Of a DNA stretch of 64,000 nt, positions 45,921 to 57,490 are shown piece by piece. Positions within the stretch are counted from its first letter, which is position 1. Each line of letters starts with the position of its first letter. Origin of the DNA: an uncultured delta proteobacterium (GTDB lineage: Bacteria; Myxococcota_A; Polyangia; Palsa-1104); contig CAWAWS010000039.1 in assembly GCA_963785725.1 (NCBI GenBank), forward strand, positions 640,001 to 704,000, given 5' to 3'. The position numbers were made by a program, and so were the translations under genes. Below the pieces are notes generated by a model that made no database searches, was not told the origin of the DNA, and worked only from the letters and a program-made list of their open reading frames with translations.

Positions 45921-48348
45921 CGCCGTTGCCGGCGCCGGCGCCGTCGCCATCGCCCTCGAGTGTTCCGCCGTCGCGGCGCAGCACGTCGGCGACGAGCGCG
46001 TCGGCGCGCGCGCCGAGCAGCAGATCGGCCGCGCTCGCTCGCGTCATGCGCAGCGACGGCAGCTGCGCCACGCCGCAGCGCACGGCGGCGGCGGCGGCGA
46101 CGCGATCGCACTCGCGCGGCGTCAAGTCGGCAAAAGCCAGCCGCAAGTGCGGCAGCGCGGCCAAGAACGCCGGCTCGGGCAGGCCGGCGAGCGCGCCGTG
46201 CAGCGCGTCGACGAGCGACGCCTCCTGCCAACAGGCGCTGCGGGCGGCGCGCAAGACGCCGCGCAAGAAGCGCGCGCCGTGCGTGGCGTCGCTCGTGGCG
46301 GCGCCCAAGTAGCCGCCGAGGCGCCGGCCCAGCTCGTCGCCGCCGATGACGCCGTCGTCGTAGAGCAGACCGAACGCGCAGCCGAGGAGGGTCGGGTTGG
46401 CGTCGCCGCCGGCGCCCAAGAGCGCGCGCAAGCTCTCGGTGCGCTGCATGGCCGCGAGCTCGCGATCGGGCAGCGCCGCCGACAGCGCCGTCCAGGTGCA
46501 CAGGCTGTCGAGCACGGTCGTCTCCTGCTCTTCCGGCGTCGTCCCGAGCTGGGTCACGAGCAGCGCCGCGCGCTCCCAGGCTTGCCGCACGAGCGGCAAA
46601 AGGCCGGTCAGCTGCTGCGCCTCCAGCGGCTCGCGGGAAATGCGCAGCAGATCGAGGTCCACGGCCGCGGCGACGACGGAGCTGAAGTCGGGATCGGCGC
46701 CGACGAGCGCCGCCGTGCGCGTCACCAAGAGCGCCGCGTGGTCGTGCAGCCCGGCGCGACAGGCCTCGAGCACCAGCCGCGCCGCGACGTCGGCGCGCCG
46801 GCCCGACTGCTCGGCCGCGGCGAAGCGCTCGCTGACGATGGCCGCCGCCGCCTCTTCGATCGTCGCGCCGAAGCGTGACTGCTCGACGAGCTGCGCCTCG
46901 GTCGCCGGACGCCAGTGATAACGCCACACCTCGTTGACGCGATCGAGATCTTTGCCGGCGACATAATCGGGACCGCGCAGCCACTCGGCGAACGGAATCT
47001 CCAAGAGGCGCAGCCGATGAAAGAAGCGACTCTTGCCGCGATGCGCCGCCGAACGATAGAGATCGAGCGTCGCCTCGTGATCGCGATCGACGTCGAGGCT
47101 CAGCTTCTCGGCGCGCACGATGCGATCGAAGTCGACGACGAGCGCCGGCCGGCCGACGTCGGGCGCGACCTCGCCCACGCGATCGCCGGCCAAGAGCTTG
47201 TGCGCGGCGGCGAGCACGGTCACGCCCTCGATGTCGGCGGCGCCTTTGACGTAGAGCGAGCGCACGGCGTCGAGCACGTCTTCGCGCGTCGGCGTCGCGT
47301 GGTCGCGAAAGCGCGCCAGCCGCTGCAGCTGCTCGGCGGCCGCCGTCACGTCCGCCGTCGAGGGCACGGCGTCGCGCCGGCGCAGCAGGCGCGCGAGCTC
47401 GGCCAACAGCTCGCTCACGTCGCGCGCTTCCCACGACCGCTGATAGAACTCGGGCGCCGGCATGCCGCTGGCGTAGCCGTTGAGCCGATCGAGCTGCTGA
47501 AAGCCGTAGCGAATGAGCGTCACCGCCGCGTCGTCGGGCTTGGCCAGCTTGACCGCTCTCGGCCGCTGGGCCGGCGTCGTCGGCAGCGCCACCGAGTGAA
47601 AGCCGCCGGTGACGACGACGACGCGCCCGCCCGCGGCCGCGGCCACGGCGTCGCCGATCTCCGCGCTCATCGCCGCCTCGCGGACGTCGTGCGCCTCGGC
47701 CGCGATCATCTCCGGCGTGTGATCGTGCCGCGTCAACGCGCACCACACGAGCACCTCGTGAAAGAACGTCGCCGAATCCTTGCGGCGAAAATCGTGCTCG
47801 AACAGGCAGTCCCACAGATCGTCGGGATCGCGCGCGCCGGCACGCTCACAAGCCGCGCGCAAGAGCCGGCTGTGGCGCAAGTAGGCTTCGTTCTGCAGGC
47901 TCGTGATCGGTGGCCGCGCGTCGGCTTCGTCGGCCGTGGCGTGGCGCGCCTCGGCGACCAGCAGCTCGGCGAACGTCAGATCGATGAAGCGCGCCTCGGC
48001 GCCGACCGCCGCCGCCGCCCGCAGCGCGACCAGCTCCGGCGAGTAGTCACACAGCGGATAATAGGAGCCGAAGTGGCGCGGCTGCCCCTCGCCGCTGCGA
48101 TCGATGAACGTCGTGTAGAGCGCGATCGGCGGCCGCGTCCGCGCATCGGCGAGGTGGCGAATGAGCGCATTGGCGTCGCGCGGCCCCTCGATGAGCACGA
48201 ACGTCGGCTGCAGCTCGGCAATGACGCGCTCGACGTGAAACGCGCACGCCGGGCTGTGATGGCGCACCGGCAAATACACCACCTGCGCCGCCGCGTCCGG
48301 CCGCGCGACGTCGGGAAACTGCAGCGCCGCCGCGACGGCGTCGTTCAC
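45913..48348 (-). CDS. DUF5682 protein, YehM-like
   Basis: PVRHHSPACA, VLIEGP, YYP..DYSPE, REAAM, VVTGGFHS, LDRLNGYASGMPAP, LP.LR.AF..LTPRE. GTGA overlap with the ATPase stop. Confidence 0.88.
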   Translation of the reverse strand: MNDAVAAALQFPDVARPDAAAQVVYLPVRHHSPACAFHVERVIAELQPTFVLIEGPRDANALIRHLADARTRPPIALYTTFIDRSGEGQPRHFGSYYPLCDYSPELVALRAAAAVGAEARFIDLTFAELLVAEARHATADEADARPPITSLQNEAYLRHSRLLRAACERAGARDPDDLWDCLFEHDFRRKDSATFFHEVLVWCALTRHDHTPEMIAAEAHDVREAAMSAEIGDAVAAAAGGRVVVVTGGFHSVALPTTPAQRPRAVKLAKPDDAAVTLIRYGFQQLDRLNGYASGMPAPEFYQRSWEARDVSELLAELARLLRRRDAVPSTADVTAAAEQLQRLARFRDHATPTREDVLDAVRSLYVKGAADIEGVTVLAAAHKLLAGDRVGEVAPDVGRPALVVDFDRIVRAEKLSLDVDRDHEATLDLYRSAAHRGKSRFFHRLRLLEIPFAEWLRGPDYVAGKDLDRVNEVWRYHWRPATEAQLVEQSRFGATIEEAAAAIVSERFAAAEQSGRRADVAARLVLEACRAGLHDHAALLVTRTAALVGADPDFSSVVAAAVDLDLLRISREPLEAQQLTGLLPLVRQAWERAALLVTQLGTTPEEQETTVLDSLCTWTALSAALPDRELAAMQRTESLRALLGAGGDANPTLLGCAFGLLYDDGVIGGDELGRRLGGYLGAATSDATHGARFLRGVLRAARSACWQEASLVDALHGALAGLPEPAFLAALPHLRLAFADLTPRECDRVAAAAAVRCGVAQLPSLRMTRASAADLLLGARADALVADVLRRDGGTLEGDGDGAGAGNGDG

Positions 48349-49514
48349 CCCGGCAGCTCCGGCTTGGCCGCCGCCAGCTCCGCCCACAGCTGCCGCTTGT
48401 CCTTGCCCGCCTTGTCGTCTTTGGCCCGCTTCGCCACGACGACATTGAAGTACTGCTTGAGCTTCTGCAGGTCGTCTTTGCTGTCCTTCAAGACGGCGCC
48501 CGCCAGATGCCGACCGATCTCGCGCGGCGACAGCCGTTTATTGCCGTAATAGAAGGCGTCCAGGCCGGCGCTCATCGCCACCGCCACCGCCTCCGCCGTC
48601 GACATCACCGTCGTCGGCCGCTCGACCGCCGTGCCTTCCGCGGTCGTGCCCGTGCGCAGATCTTGGAACGCCGTCACCAACAGCTCGATGACGTCGCGCT
48701 CGACGATCGCCGGCGCCGCCGACTCCGCCAGCAGCCGCTCGACCTCGCTGCGCACCAGCTCCACCTCCGCGTGCAGATCGGCGATCGGATGCACCGTCTC
48801 GAAGTTGAAGCGCCGCTTGAGCGCGCTCGACATCTCGTGCACGCCCCGATCGCGAATGTTGGCCGTGGCGATGACGTTGAACCCCGGCCGCGCGAACAGG
48901 ATGCGCTCCTCGCCGTCGAGCTCGGGGATGGTCATCACCTTCTCCGACAGGATGCTGACGAGGCTGTCTTGCACCTCGGCCGGGCAGCGCGTCACCTCTT
49001 CGAAGCGCGCCAAAATCCCCGCCTTCATCGCCACGTGCAGCGGTGACGGCACGAGCGCGCGCGGCGTCGGACCATCGGCCAAGAGCAGCGCGTAGTTCCA
49101 CGAATAGCGAATCTGATCTTCGGTCGTCGCCGCCGTTCCTTGCACGACGTTGAGCGATGTCCCCGAGATCGCCGCCGCCAAAAGCTCCGACAGCAGGCTC
49201 TTGGCCGTGCCCGGCTCGCCGACGAGGATGAGCGCGCGATTGGACGCGAGGCCAATCGCCGCGCGCTCGACCAGCTGATCGTCGCCGTGAAACTTGCGCC
49301 CGATCGCGGTCTCGCGTGGCTGGCCTTGCCACGCGTGGTGCAGGCGCTGGCCCTTGCCGCCGCAGATGAACGTGACCACGGCGCGCGGCGACAGCTTCCA
49401 GCCCGGCGGACGGCTGCCTGCGTCGTTCGCCGCCAGCGCCGCCAGCTCCTCGGCGTAGCGATCTTCCGCCGGCCGCCGCAAGATCGCAGCATGCGTATAT
49501 AATGATGTTGTCAT
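48345..49514 (-). CDS. MoxR-type AAA+ ATPase, YehL subfamily
   Basis: RPPGWKLSP, Walker A GEPGTAKS, SWNYALL, RFEEVTR, IATANIRDRGV.EMSSALKRRFNF. ATGA overlap with the DUF4132 stop. Confidence 0.92.
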   Translation of the reverse strand: MTTSLYTHAAILRRPAEDRYAEELAALAANDAGSRPPGWKLSPRAVVTFICGGKGQRLHHAWQGQPRETAIGRKFHGDDQLVERAAIGLASNRALILVGEPGTAKSLLSELLAAAISGTSLNVVQGTAATTEDQIRYSWNYALLLADGPTPRALVPSPLHVAMKAGILARFEEVTRCPAEVQDSLVSILSEKVMTIPELDGEERILFARPGFNVIATANIRDRGVHEMSSALKRRFNFETVHPIADLHAEVELVRSEVERLLAESAAPAIVERDVIELLVTAFQDLRTGTTAEGTAVERPTTVMSTAEAVAVAMSAGLDAFYYGNKRLSPREIGRHLAGAVLKDSKDDLQKLKQYFNVVVAKRAKDDKAGKDKRQLWAELAAAKPELPG

Positions 49515-52500
49515 GGCTGGATCTTCTTCTCCCACTCGGCGTCGAAGCCGGGACCTTCGGCGGCGATCTCGCGCACGTCGTTCCAGCACTCGCTGACGAG
49601 CACCGCCGGCACCTCGGCCAGCGAGCCGACGGCGGCGGCGCCGGCGGCGTGGTCGGGGCTGGTGCGCTCGAACGTCAGCTCGGCGAGCGCGACGGTGCGG
49701 CTCTCCTCCGGCAGCGAGTTGCCGCTGAAGTGAATCTCGGCGGCGATGCCCGCGCCCGGGAAATAGCGGCGATAAAGGAAGAACCAGCCGCCATCCTCGG
49801 CCGGACCGCGCGTGTAGCCGCGCTTGGTCGCTCGCCCGCGCAGCTTCAGCGACTCGACGAGATGGCCGTGAAAGTCCGTGATTGTCGGCTCCGTCCGCTG
49901 CGTGTCCGACAAGCGAAACGGCTTGCGGCCCAGCTGATCGAACAGCGGCTCGACCTCGTAGTCTTCCAGATGCTTCAGCCAGGCGGCGATGTGCGGCTCG
50001 CTCAGGAACAGCGGATGCGCGACGCCGATGCGCTCGTCGGGCGCGAGCGTCACCGCGGCGTCGTCGGGGCCGGTCAGCGTGCCGTCGCCGAGCGGGCGAA
50101 ACGAGCGCGCCTCCGCCGTCTCGGCTTGCGGTTTCGGCAGGACCATCCACACCACGCGCTGCGCCAGGCGGCCGACGATGGGATGGCCGGCGACATAGGT
50201 CTGCCAGTCGGCGAAGGGCCAGCTCCGCTGCACGCACATCGCCTCGTACAGCCGCTCTTCCTGCTGCTTGACGACCGTCTTGACCTGCTTCTTCGCCGTC
50301 GCGAACAGCTGCTTGGCTTCGGCGGCCAGCGTCGCGTCGTCGTCGGCGCGCGGCTCGGGCAAGCCGGCGATGGTCTTGCCCTCGCTGTTTTGCAGCGTCA
50401 GCTTCAGCGCGTCGTCGAGGCGGGCGGCGAATTGGCGCGGGCCGAAGTCGAGCACGAGCCGGCCGCTGTCGTCGATCCCCGCCGACGGCACCGTGCGGTC
50501 GGCCAGCTCGTCGATGGTCCAGCCGCGCCGCTGGGCCACTTCGTGCACGCACTCTTCGGCCAGCTTGCGAATCCCCGGCGTCCGAAAGCGCGTCGCCGTC
50601 GCCAACAGCACCTGAATCGCCGACGGATGATCGATCCACGACAGCATCTGCAGGAGCGCCTTGCACTGCGCGGCGCGCATGCCGTACCAGTCCTTGAGAT
50701 AGCGCGACACGAGCGGCGCCGCGGCCTCGCCGGCCATCGCCGCGGCGATGGCGAGCAGCCCTTTGTGCGCGATCGCCGAGCCCTTCGGCTGCGTCAAGAA
50801 GTGCGCGACCGGGATCGGCCACGAGGCCGCCGCCGCCTTGGCCTGCGCCTCGGCTTCGGTCGGCAACGCCGTGTCCTCGGCGATGAACGCTTCCAGCGCC
50901 AGCTTGCCCAGCGCCGCCGCCTCGTCGCTCACGAGCTGCGCCGCGTAACGGCGCAACAGCGGACCCGGCTCGGGCGTGCCCAGCTTGTTCGCCTGCACGA
51001 GCCACCAGCGCACGATCGTCTCGTCGACCGCTTGCCCATCGTCGGCCCAATGCAGCGTCTCGACGCGCGTGAACGGAAACCACGCCAGCGCCTCGGGCGT
51101 GCCTTTGGCCAGCCCCTTTTGCGCCTCTTTGCCGAGGCCGGGACGATCGAGGAACTCGTCGAGCGAGACGCCGAGCCGCTCCAGCGCCTCCATCATCGCC
51201 GCTTTGCCGCGCTCTTTTTTCTCCTTCTTCAACGCCGTCTTCAACGCGGCGATGGCCGTGCGCTCGCGACGATCGGCGAGCCACTCCGCGGCCGCTTCGC
51301 GCACGGCTTGGCTCGGATCGGCGAGCGCGGCCACGATGCGCGCGCCGGCGCCGTCGAGACCGCCGATGGCCTGTTGCGCCAGCGGCCGCTCCGTCTTCGA
51401 TCCGCCGAGCGCGATCTCCCACAGCGCCGGGTGCAGCGCGGCCGGCGCGTAGGCCGCTTGCGCCACCAGCTCAAGCGCGTGCGACCGCGCGTAGCCGGAA
51501 TAATAGGGCGGCGTCCCCGACAGCGCCGGCCGCTGACCGAGCGCCGCCTCCAGCACTTCGGGATGCGCGTCGAAGAAGGGCTGCAGCTCGGCCGCGGTCC
51601 AGCCGCGCGGGCGCTCGTAAGCGTAAATGAGGTCCTTGCCGATCGAGATCGGCGCCACACCGACCGCCTCGGCCTCCGTCGCCACGTCGAGCAGCGTGAA
51701 GGCCGCGCCGCCTTGCGCGCGCTGATAGACTTTGACGACGTCGAACAGCCCGTTGACCCACTGCAAGTGCGGATCGCGGTCGTCGTTGCGCAGCATGCCG
51801 AGCAGACCGGCGAGCCGAACGGCGTGGCCGAGGCGGAAATCGGGCCGCGCCAAGATCGGCTTGAACGACGTGTGCCAGGTGAAGCCGAAGCCCATGATCG
51901 CCGGCTTCCAGCGCATGTGCTTGAACTGCGCGATCTCCAGCGTCGGCGCTTGCAGCAGCTGGAGCCACTCGTCGATCGCGGCGTCCGTCGGCGGCTGCGG
52001 CTGCATCGTCGGATACTTCTCGGTGATCGTGGCATGCCACGCGTTCGCCAGCCCGCGCAGAACGTCCCGCACGTCGGCGCCAAGCGGCGGCAGCGGCCGC
52101 GTCGACGACGTGAACGGCGCGGGCGTCGTCGTCGTCGTGGTCGCGTTGACCGCCGGCGCCGCAGCCGCGACGACGACGGGCGCGACCGGCTTCGACGCCG
52201 CGACGGGCTGCAGCAGCACGCCGTCGAGCGTCGCCAGCACGTCGGCGGCGGTCTCGACCGCGCGCCGCGCTTCCAAGAACGCGCGCTCGCCGGCGCCGCC
52301 GAAGCGCCAGACGAGCCCGATGGCGCGCGACCGCTGCGCCGGCGTGCCGTCGGCGACGAGCGCGCGAAAGGTCGGCATGAGCTCGGCCGCGGCCGTCGAC
52401 AGCCAGGCGTCGGCGGCGACGCGCGCCGAATGCGCCGACTCCGGCGCCGCCAGAATGTCGACGAATGGCACCGGCGACGCGCCGTCCGCCGCCAGCCTTT

Positions 52501-53194
52501 CGATCGCGTGCGCGCGACTGCCGGCGGCCGATTGCGTCAGCGCCTCGCGCACGACCGCCGGATGCCGCGCCGCCGCCTCGGGCAGCCCGGGAATCGTCAG
52601 GAACTTGAGGTGGCGCGTCTCATCCCGCACGAACAGCGACAGGCGGAGCACGCGATCGGGCGGCTCGTTCGCGGCCGTGAGGATCGCCTCCAGCTGCGCG
52701 TGCGACAGCAGCTGCTCCTGCCGCCCGCCGTAGGCGCTCATCGATCCCGTCCACGCTTCGTAGAGCAGGATCTCGAGCCACGGCGGCAGGCCGACTGCCG
52801 TCAGTGACAGCCAGCGCTGCCGCAGGCGCGAGGCCGCTTCGTAGACCTTACCGAGCCGGACGTAGAAGCGCGGATCGGCGACCGGCGTCTTCAGGATGTC
52901 GGCGTGGCGCAAGCCGTCGTGATGGCGGCAGACCCTGAGGTCGAGCGACGCGCCGAAGTCGGGCTTGCTGGCCAAGAGGTCGAGCACCGCTTCGTCTTCG
53001 CCGGACAGCACGTAGCGCAGCGCGCGCTCGGTCGTGCCGGCGGCGATCGCGTCGAAGCCGGCCAGATCGGCCGCCAGCGCCGCCAGCTGCGGCTCGGGCA
53101 GCGCGATCGCCGGCGCTCCGCCCGTCGCCGCCGCGCCGGTGTCATCCGCCGTCGCCGTCGCGCGGCCCCCGAAGATTTTACGCAACCAGCTCAT
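49511..53194 (-). CDS. DUF4132 protein with HEAT-like repeats (YehI/MolR-like)
   Basis: C-terminal RGWTIDELADRTVP, LDFGPR, RLYEAMC..RSW, HP....A..VVW, W..HL.DYEV...FDQL, VLVSECWND. Confidence 0.88.
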   Translation of the reverse strand: MSWLRKIFGGRATATADDTGAAATGGAPAIALPEPQLAALAADLAGFDAIAAGTTERALRYVLSGEDEAVLDLLASKPDFGASLDLRVCRHHDGLRHADILKTPVADPRFYVRLGKVYEAASRLRQRWLSLTAVGLPPWLEILLYEAWTGSMSAYGGRQEQLLSHAQLEAILTAANEPPDRVLRLSLFVRDETRHLKFLTIPGLPEAAARHPAVVREALTQSAAGSRAHAIERLAADGASPVPFVDILAAPESAHSARVAADAWLSTAAAELMPTFRALVADGTPAQRSRAIGLVWRFGGAGERAFLEARRAVETAADVLATLDGVLLQPVAASKPVAPVVVAAAAPAVNATTTTTTPAPFTSSTRPLPPLGADVRDVLRGLANAWHATITEKYPTMQPQPPTDAAIDEWLQLLQAPTLEIAQFKHMRWKPAIMGFGFTWHTSFKPILARPDFRLGHAVRLAGLLGMLRNDDRDPHLQWVNGLFDVVKVYQRAQGGAAFTLLDVATEAEAVGVAPISIGKDLIYAYERPRGWTAAELQPFFDAHPEVLEAALGQRPALSGTPPYYSGYARSHALELVAQAAYAPAALHPALWEIALGGSKTERPLAQQAIGGLDGAGARIVAALADPSQAVREAAAEWLADRRERTAIAALKTALKKEKKERGKAAMMEALERLGVSLDEFLDRPGLGKEAQKGLAKGTPEALAWFPFTRVETLHWADDGQAVDETIVRWWLVQANKLGTPEPGPLLRRYAAQLVSDEAAALGKLALEAFIAEDTALPTEAEAQAKAAAASWPIPVAHFLTQPKGSAIAHKGLLAIAAAMAGEAAAPLVSRYLKDWYGMRAAQCKALLQMLSWIDHPSAIQVLLATATRFRTPGIRKLAEECVHEVAQRRGWTIDELADRTVPSAGIDDSGRLVLDFGPRQFAARLDDALKLTLQNSEGKTIAGLPEPRADDDATLAAEAKQLFATAKKQVKTVVKQQEERLYEAMCVQRSWPFADWQTYVAGHPIVGRLAQRVVWMVLPKPQAETAEARSFRPLGDGTLTGPDDAAVTLAPDERIGVAHPLFLSEPHIAAWLKHLEDYEVEPLFDQLGRKPFRLSDTQRTEPTITDFHGHLVESLKLRGRATKRGYTRGPAEDGGWFFLYRRYFPGAGIAAEIHFSGNSLPEESRTVALAELTFERTSPDHAAGAAAVGSLAEVPAVLVSECWNDVREIAAEGPGFDAEWEKKIQP

Positions 53195-53367
53195 GTATCC
53201 TCGCCGTTCGTTGTACGCGACGCCGTCCAGCCGTGAGCGGCGAGTATAGACGGCGTCGCTGGGATTGGGCGGCTCGCGTGCGCGCCCGAGCGGTAAATCA
53301 CACGCTGAAACACGATCTAGTCGCGGAGGCGACGCGCCATGGCAGCGGTTTCGCCCGCGACCCGACG

Positions 53368-55302
53368 TCAGCTGCGACGACGGCGGGCGACGAACGCGGT
53401 CGCGAGCACGAACAGCACGAAGAGGCGCGCGCCAGTCGACGGCGCCGACGGCGTGGCGGCCGCGAATTCGCAGCCGCCGCGCGTGTCGTTGGCGACGCTG
53501 CCGCCGTCACGCGTGCCGCTCGCCGGCGGCGCCGTCGTCGTGTCGCTCTCGGCCATATCGGCGACGGGCAGCGCCATGTCGACGACCGGCAGCGCCATGT
53601 CGGGCGGCGGCAGCGCGCTCACGCCCGACAGCTGATCCATGAGCGCCGGCGCGATCGGTGAGCCCCAGCCGGTCACCAGATCGTAGCCGGTGACGGCGGA
53701 ATACAAGTTGGGGCTGTCGGTGGTGAAGTTGCTGCCGCTCGTGATGTCGTGGAAGAAGTCGCCATATTTCGCCCCCTCGGCGAGCTTGTAGATCGTCGGG
53801 TTCAGAAAGCCGACGGGCGGCAGATTGTGCTGCGCGGCCTCTTCGTTGACGAGCGCCAGAAAGCCGGCCCACGTCGGCGCCGCCGCGCTCGTGCCGCCGA
53901 CGGTGAGCGCCTTGCCGTTGGCGAAGAGGTACATGTTGCCGTCGGCGTTCGACGAGACGTCGGGCAGGTTGCGCAGCGTCGTCGAGGCCAGGTTGGCGCT
54001 CGACGCCAGGTTCTTCTGATAGCTGGGCAACGGGAAGTTGTTGGTGCTGATGCCGCCGAGACTGCCGGTCCAGGCGACCTCGGACTTCCAGGTGCCGCCG
54101 GCGCCGTTGGTCGTCAGCGACGTGCCACCGACGACGACGACGTTGGGGTCGTCGCCGGGCGCGAACACTTTGTTGTTGGCGGAGACGGCGCCCGAGTCGC
54201 CCGACGCGACGAACAGGTTCTGCCCTTGCGCCTGAAACTCGAGGAAGATCTGCGTCAAGTTGGGATCGGGCGGCAAGAAGCCGAACGAGCAGCTGAGCTG
54301 CTTGGCCGTGTTGTCGGTGGCCATGCGGTTGAACATGTCGGCGGCGTTGTTGCCCTCGTAGACGATGAGCTGCGTGAGGCCCGGCGCCATCGCGATGGCC
54401 ATGTCGATGTCGAGCACCTCTTCGCCGTCGTCGCAGCCGGAGCCGCAGACGCCGGTGACGTTGTCGAGCAGCACGTTCTTGATGGGCACGCTGAGCGGCA
54501 GCTTGGCGGTCGCGAACCACGACTGCACGTCGCTCATGTTGTAGGGGCCGAACTCGAAGAGGCCGACGGTCTGGCCGGCGCCGGTCAACTTCGTGCCCGG
54601 GGCGTAGGCGTTGCGCAGGTCGCTGCCGATGAAGGTCGAGCCTGGGCCCGAGCCGGTGGCGTCGGCATGAATGGGCGCGGCGAGCGGCGTGCGCTGCAGA
54701 TCCATCGGGCGCGGCGGCGCGAAGTCGTCGAGGCCGGTGACGTGCCAAATCGGCACATCGGCAGCGACGGTCGGCTCGGTCGCGGGCGCGAAGAACGTGC
54801 GGCTCTCGGTCGGATGGCGATAGCGCGCCAGCGTCGTGTGAAAGGCGGCCTCGACCTGCGCCACCGAGCCGGTCAGGTCGATGACGAGGCGATTGTCGTG
54901 CGTCGCTTGCACCGTCAAGTGCTGCTCGGCGGCGAAGCGCGTGACGGCCGCGTAGTCGTCCGCCGTCGGGCCGAAGCGCGCGGTGAACTCGTCGACGCCG
55001 AGGAATTGGCGATAGCGCGGGCTCGCCGGATCGGTCAGCTCCTGCACGAGCACGAGCAGCTCCTCGCGATGGCGCAGCGGCAGCCCGACGGCGACGGCGA
55101 GCGGCTGCGTCGCCGGCAAGCGTCCGACGAGCGCGACCTGCCGCCGCTGCACGACGTCGGGCACGTGGCCGGCGAGCGTCATCCGGCTCGGCTCGGCCTG
55201 CGCGCGACCGCCCCAGCCGACGACCACGGACGCGACGCAGCACGTCAGCGCCAGCGCCGGCGCCAGCGATCGACCGCGCGAAACGATAGAAGAGGGTGCC
55301 AT
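53368..55302 (-). CDS. S53 (sedolisin/kumamolisin) protease with prodomain and MYXO-CTERM-like anchor
   Basis: Prodomain YRQFL..DEF..RFGP; E..LD, ASGDSG, GGTSAAAP, GYDLVTGWGSP; tail GGC-x-TM-RRRRS. Confidence 0.92.
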   Translation of the reverse strand: MAPSSIVSRGRSLAPALALTCCVASVVVGWGGRAQAEPSRMTLAGHVPDVVQRRQVALVGRLPATQPLAVAVGLPLRHREELLVLVQELTDPASPRYRQFLGVDEFTARFGPTADDYAAVTRFAAEQHLTVQATHDNRLVIDLTGSVAQVEAAFHTTLARYRHPTESRTFFAPATEPTVAADVPIWHVTGLDDFAPPRPMDLQRTPLAAPIHADATGSGPGSTFIGSDLRNAYAPGTKLTGAGQTVGLFEFGPYNMSDVQSWFATAKLPLSVPIKNVLLDNVTGVCGSGCDDGEEVLDIDMAIAMAPGLTQLIVYEGNNAADMFNRMATDNTAKQLSCSFGFLPPDPNLTQIFLEFQAQGQNLFVASGDSGAVSANNKVFAPGDDPNVVVVGGTSLTTNGAGGTWKSEVAWTGSLGGISTNNFPLPSYQKNLASSANLASTTLRNLPDVSSNADGNMYLFANGKALTVGGTSAAAPTWAGFLALVNEEAAQHNLPPVGFLNPTIYKLAEGAKYGDFFHDITSGSNFTTDSPNLYSAVTGYDLVTGWGSPIAPALMDQLSGVSALPPPDMALPVVDMALPVADMAESDTTTAPPASGTRDGGSVANDTRGGCEFAAATPSAPSTGARLFVLFVLATAFVARRRRS

Positions 55303-55479
55303 CGGCAGGGGCTTCAGCAACGCGCATGCCGGCGCCACCCGGCAATGAAGTCGCGTCATTAGAGGTTGCCGCCGCGGAAACGGCGTCCGCGCCAGACCTC
55401 AGCTGTCTCGCCCGCGGCACAGCGGCGTGCGGCCGGCGCCGTGCCTGATTACGCATGCGTTTCGTACTAAGCTCGGCGC

Positions 55480-56553
<1,074 letters not shown>

Positions 56554-56611
56554 GCGGCGCCGTGTGACGCCAATGACATACAGCCGCGCCCGCCTTCGTT
56601 AATGTCGCCGC

Positions 56612-56935
56612 ATGGGCCTCGGTTTCGGCGAAGTGCTGATCTTCATCTTCATGCTCGGCGGTGGCTTGTCGTTCCCCGTCGTCGGCTCCATCATCGGCAT
56701 TCGCAGCGCCATGCGTCGCCGGCGCGAAGGCACCCGCTCGGTCGGCGCCGTCGTCTGGGCCTCGATCGCGCTCTTCATATCGGTCCTGATGCTGCTGATC
56801 CCGCCGCTCGGCCTGCTCGAGGTCGGCGTGACGCTGGCGTGGCTCATCTACGCCGTCAAGGCCAACCGCGCCGCGACCCGCCGCGCCGCCGCGTTGGCGC
56901 TCGCCGCCGCGTCGCCGCCGACGCCCGTCGCCTAG
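56612..56935 (+). CDS. Small hypothetical membrane protein
   Basis: Three to four hydrophobic segments in a high-GC3 frame. Confidence 0.55.
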   Translation: MGLGFGEVLIFIFMLGGGLSFPVVGSIIGIRSAMRRRREGTRSVGAVVWASIALFISVLMLLIPPLGLLEVGVTLAWLIYAVKANRAATRRAAALALAAASPPTPVA

Positions 56936-57034
56936 CGCGTCGCGGCCGTCGCGCGCCGCGCAATCACTGCTCGCGCACGCAGTACAATCCCGCCTCGACA
57001 CGAACCTGACGTTGACGTAATGTTTACGTCGACC

Positions 57035-57427
57035 ATGGCCGCACCCTCCGATCGCATGCGCATTGGCGAGCTGACCGAACGCGCCGAAGTCACGCCGCGG
57101 ACGGTCCGCTATTACGAGAGCATCGGCCTCATTCCGCCCGGCAAACGCCAAGGCAACGGCCAGCACTACTACAGCGAGCTGACGGTCGTTCGCCTGCGCA
57201 AGATCGATCAACTGAAGAAGCTCGGCCTCAGCCTCGACGAGATCCGCGACGTCATCGACCTCTACTTCATCGACACCAGCGGCGTGCGACCGAAGCGCAA
57301 AGTGCTGAGCATCTTGCGCCAACACCTCGCCGAGACCGACGAAAAGATGGACGCGCTGAAGCAGTTTCGCGCCGAGCTGCAGGGCAACATCAAACGCTTC
57401 GAACGCTGGCTCGCCGACAAGAAGTAG
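57035..57427 (+). CDS. MerR-family regulator
   Basis: MRIGELTERAEVTPRTVRYYESIGLI, LKKLGLSLDEI, coiled-coil C-terminus, no Cys. Confidence 0.92.
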   Translation: MAAPSDRMRIGELTERAEVTPRTVRYYESIGLIPPGKRQGNGQHYYSELTVVRLRKIDQLKKLGLSLDEIRDVIDLYFIDTSGVRPKRKVLSILRQHLAETDEKMDALKQFRAELQGNIKRFERWLADKK

Positions 57428-57446
57428 CCCTTTTTTTGTTCGCAAG

Positions 57447-57468
57447 ATGACGTTGACGTCAACGTCAT
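57447..57468. promoter_or_regulatory. MerR-type dyad operator
   Basis: Perfect 22-bp palindrome ATGACGTTGACGTCAACGTCAT. The 12-mer TGACGTTGACGT recurs upstream of merR at 57007-18. Confidence 0.75.
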
Positions 57469-57490
57469 GTAACTAGGAAAGGAGAAGACC

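Noticed and set aside
42766..51422. Track ORFs 42766-45357 and 48345-51422 (also 26445-29756 and 41400-42740) as fusions
   Set aside because: Same GC-rich open-frame artefact; the recognisable domains begin at internal starts that overlap or follow upstream stops.
49502..52807. 1101-aa plus-strand ORF and similar long antisense ORFs (9765-12002, 26352-28319, 37517-39424)
   Set aside because: Antisense shadows of well-supported genes, with no motifs.
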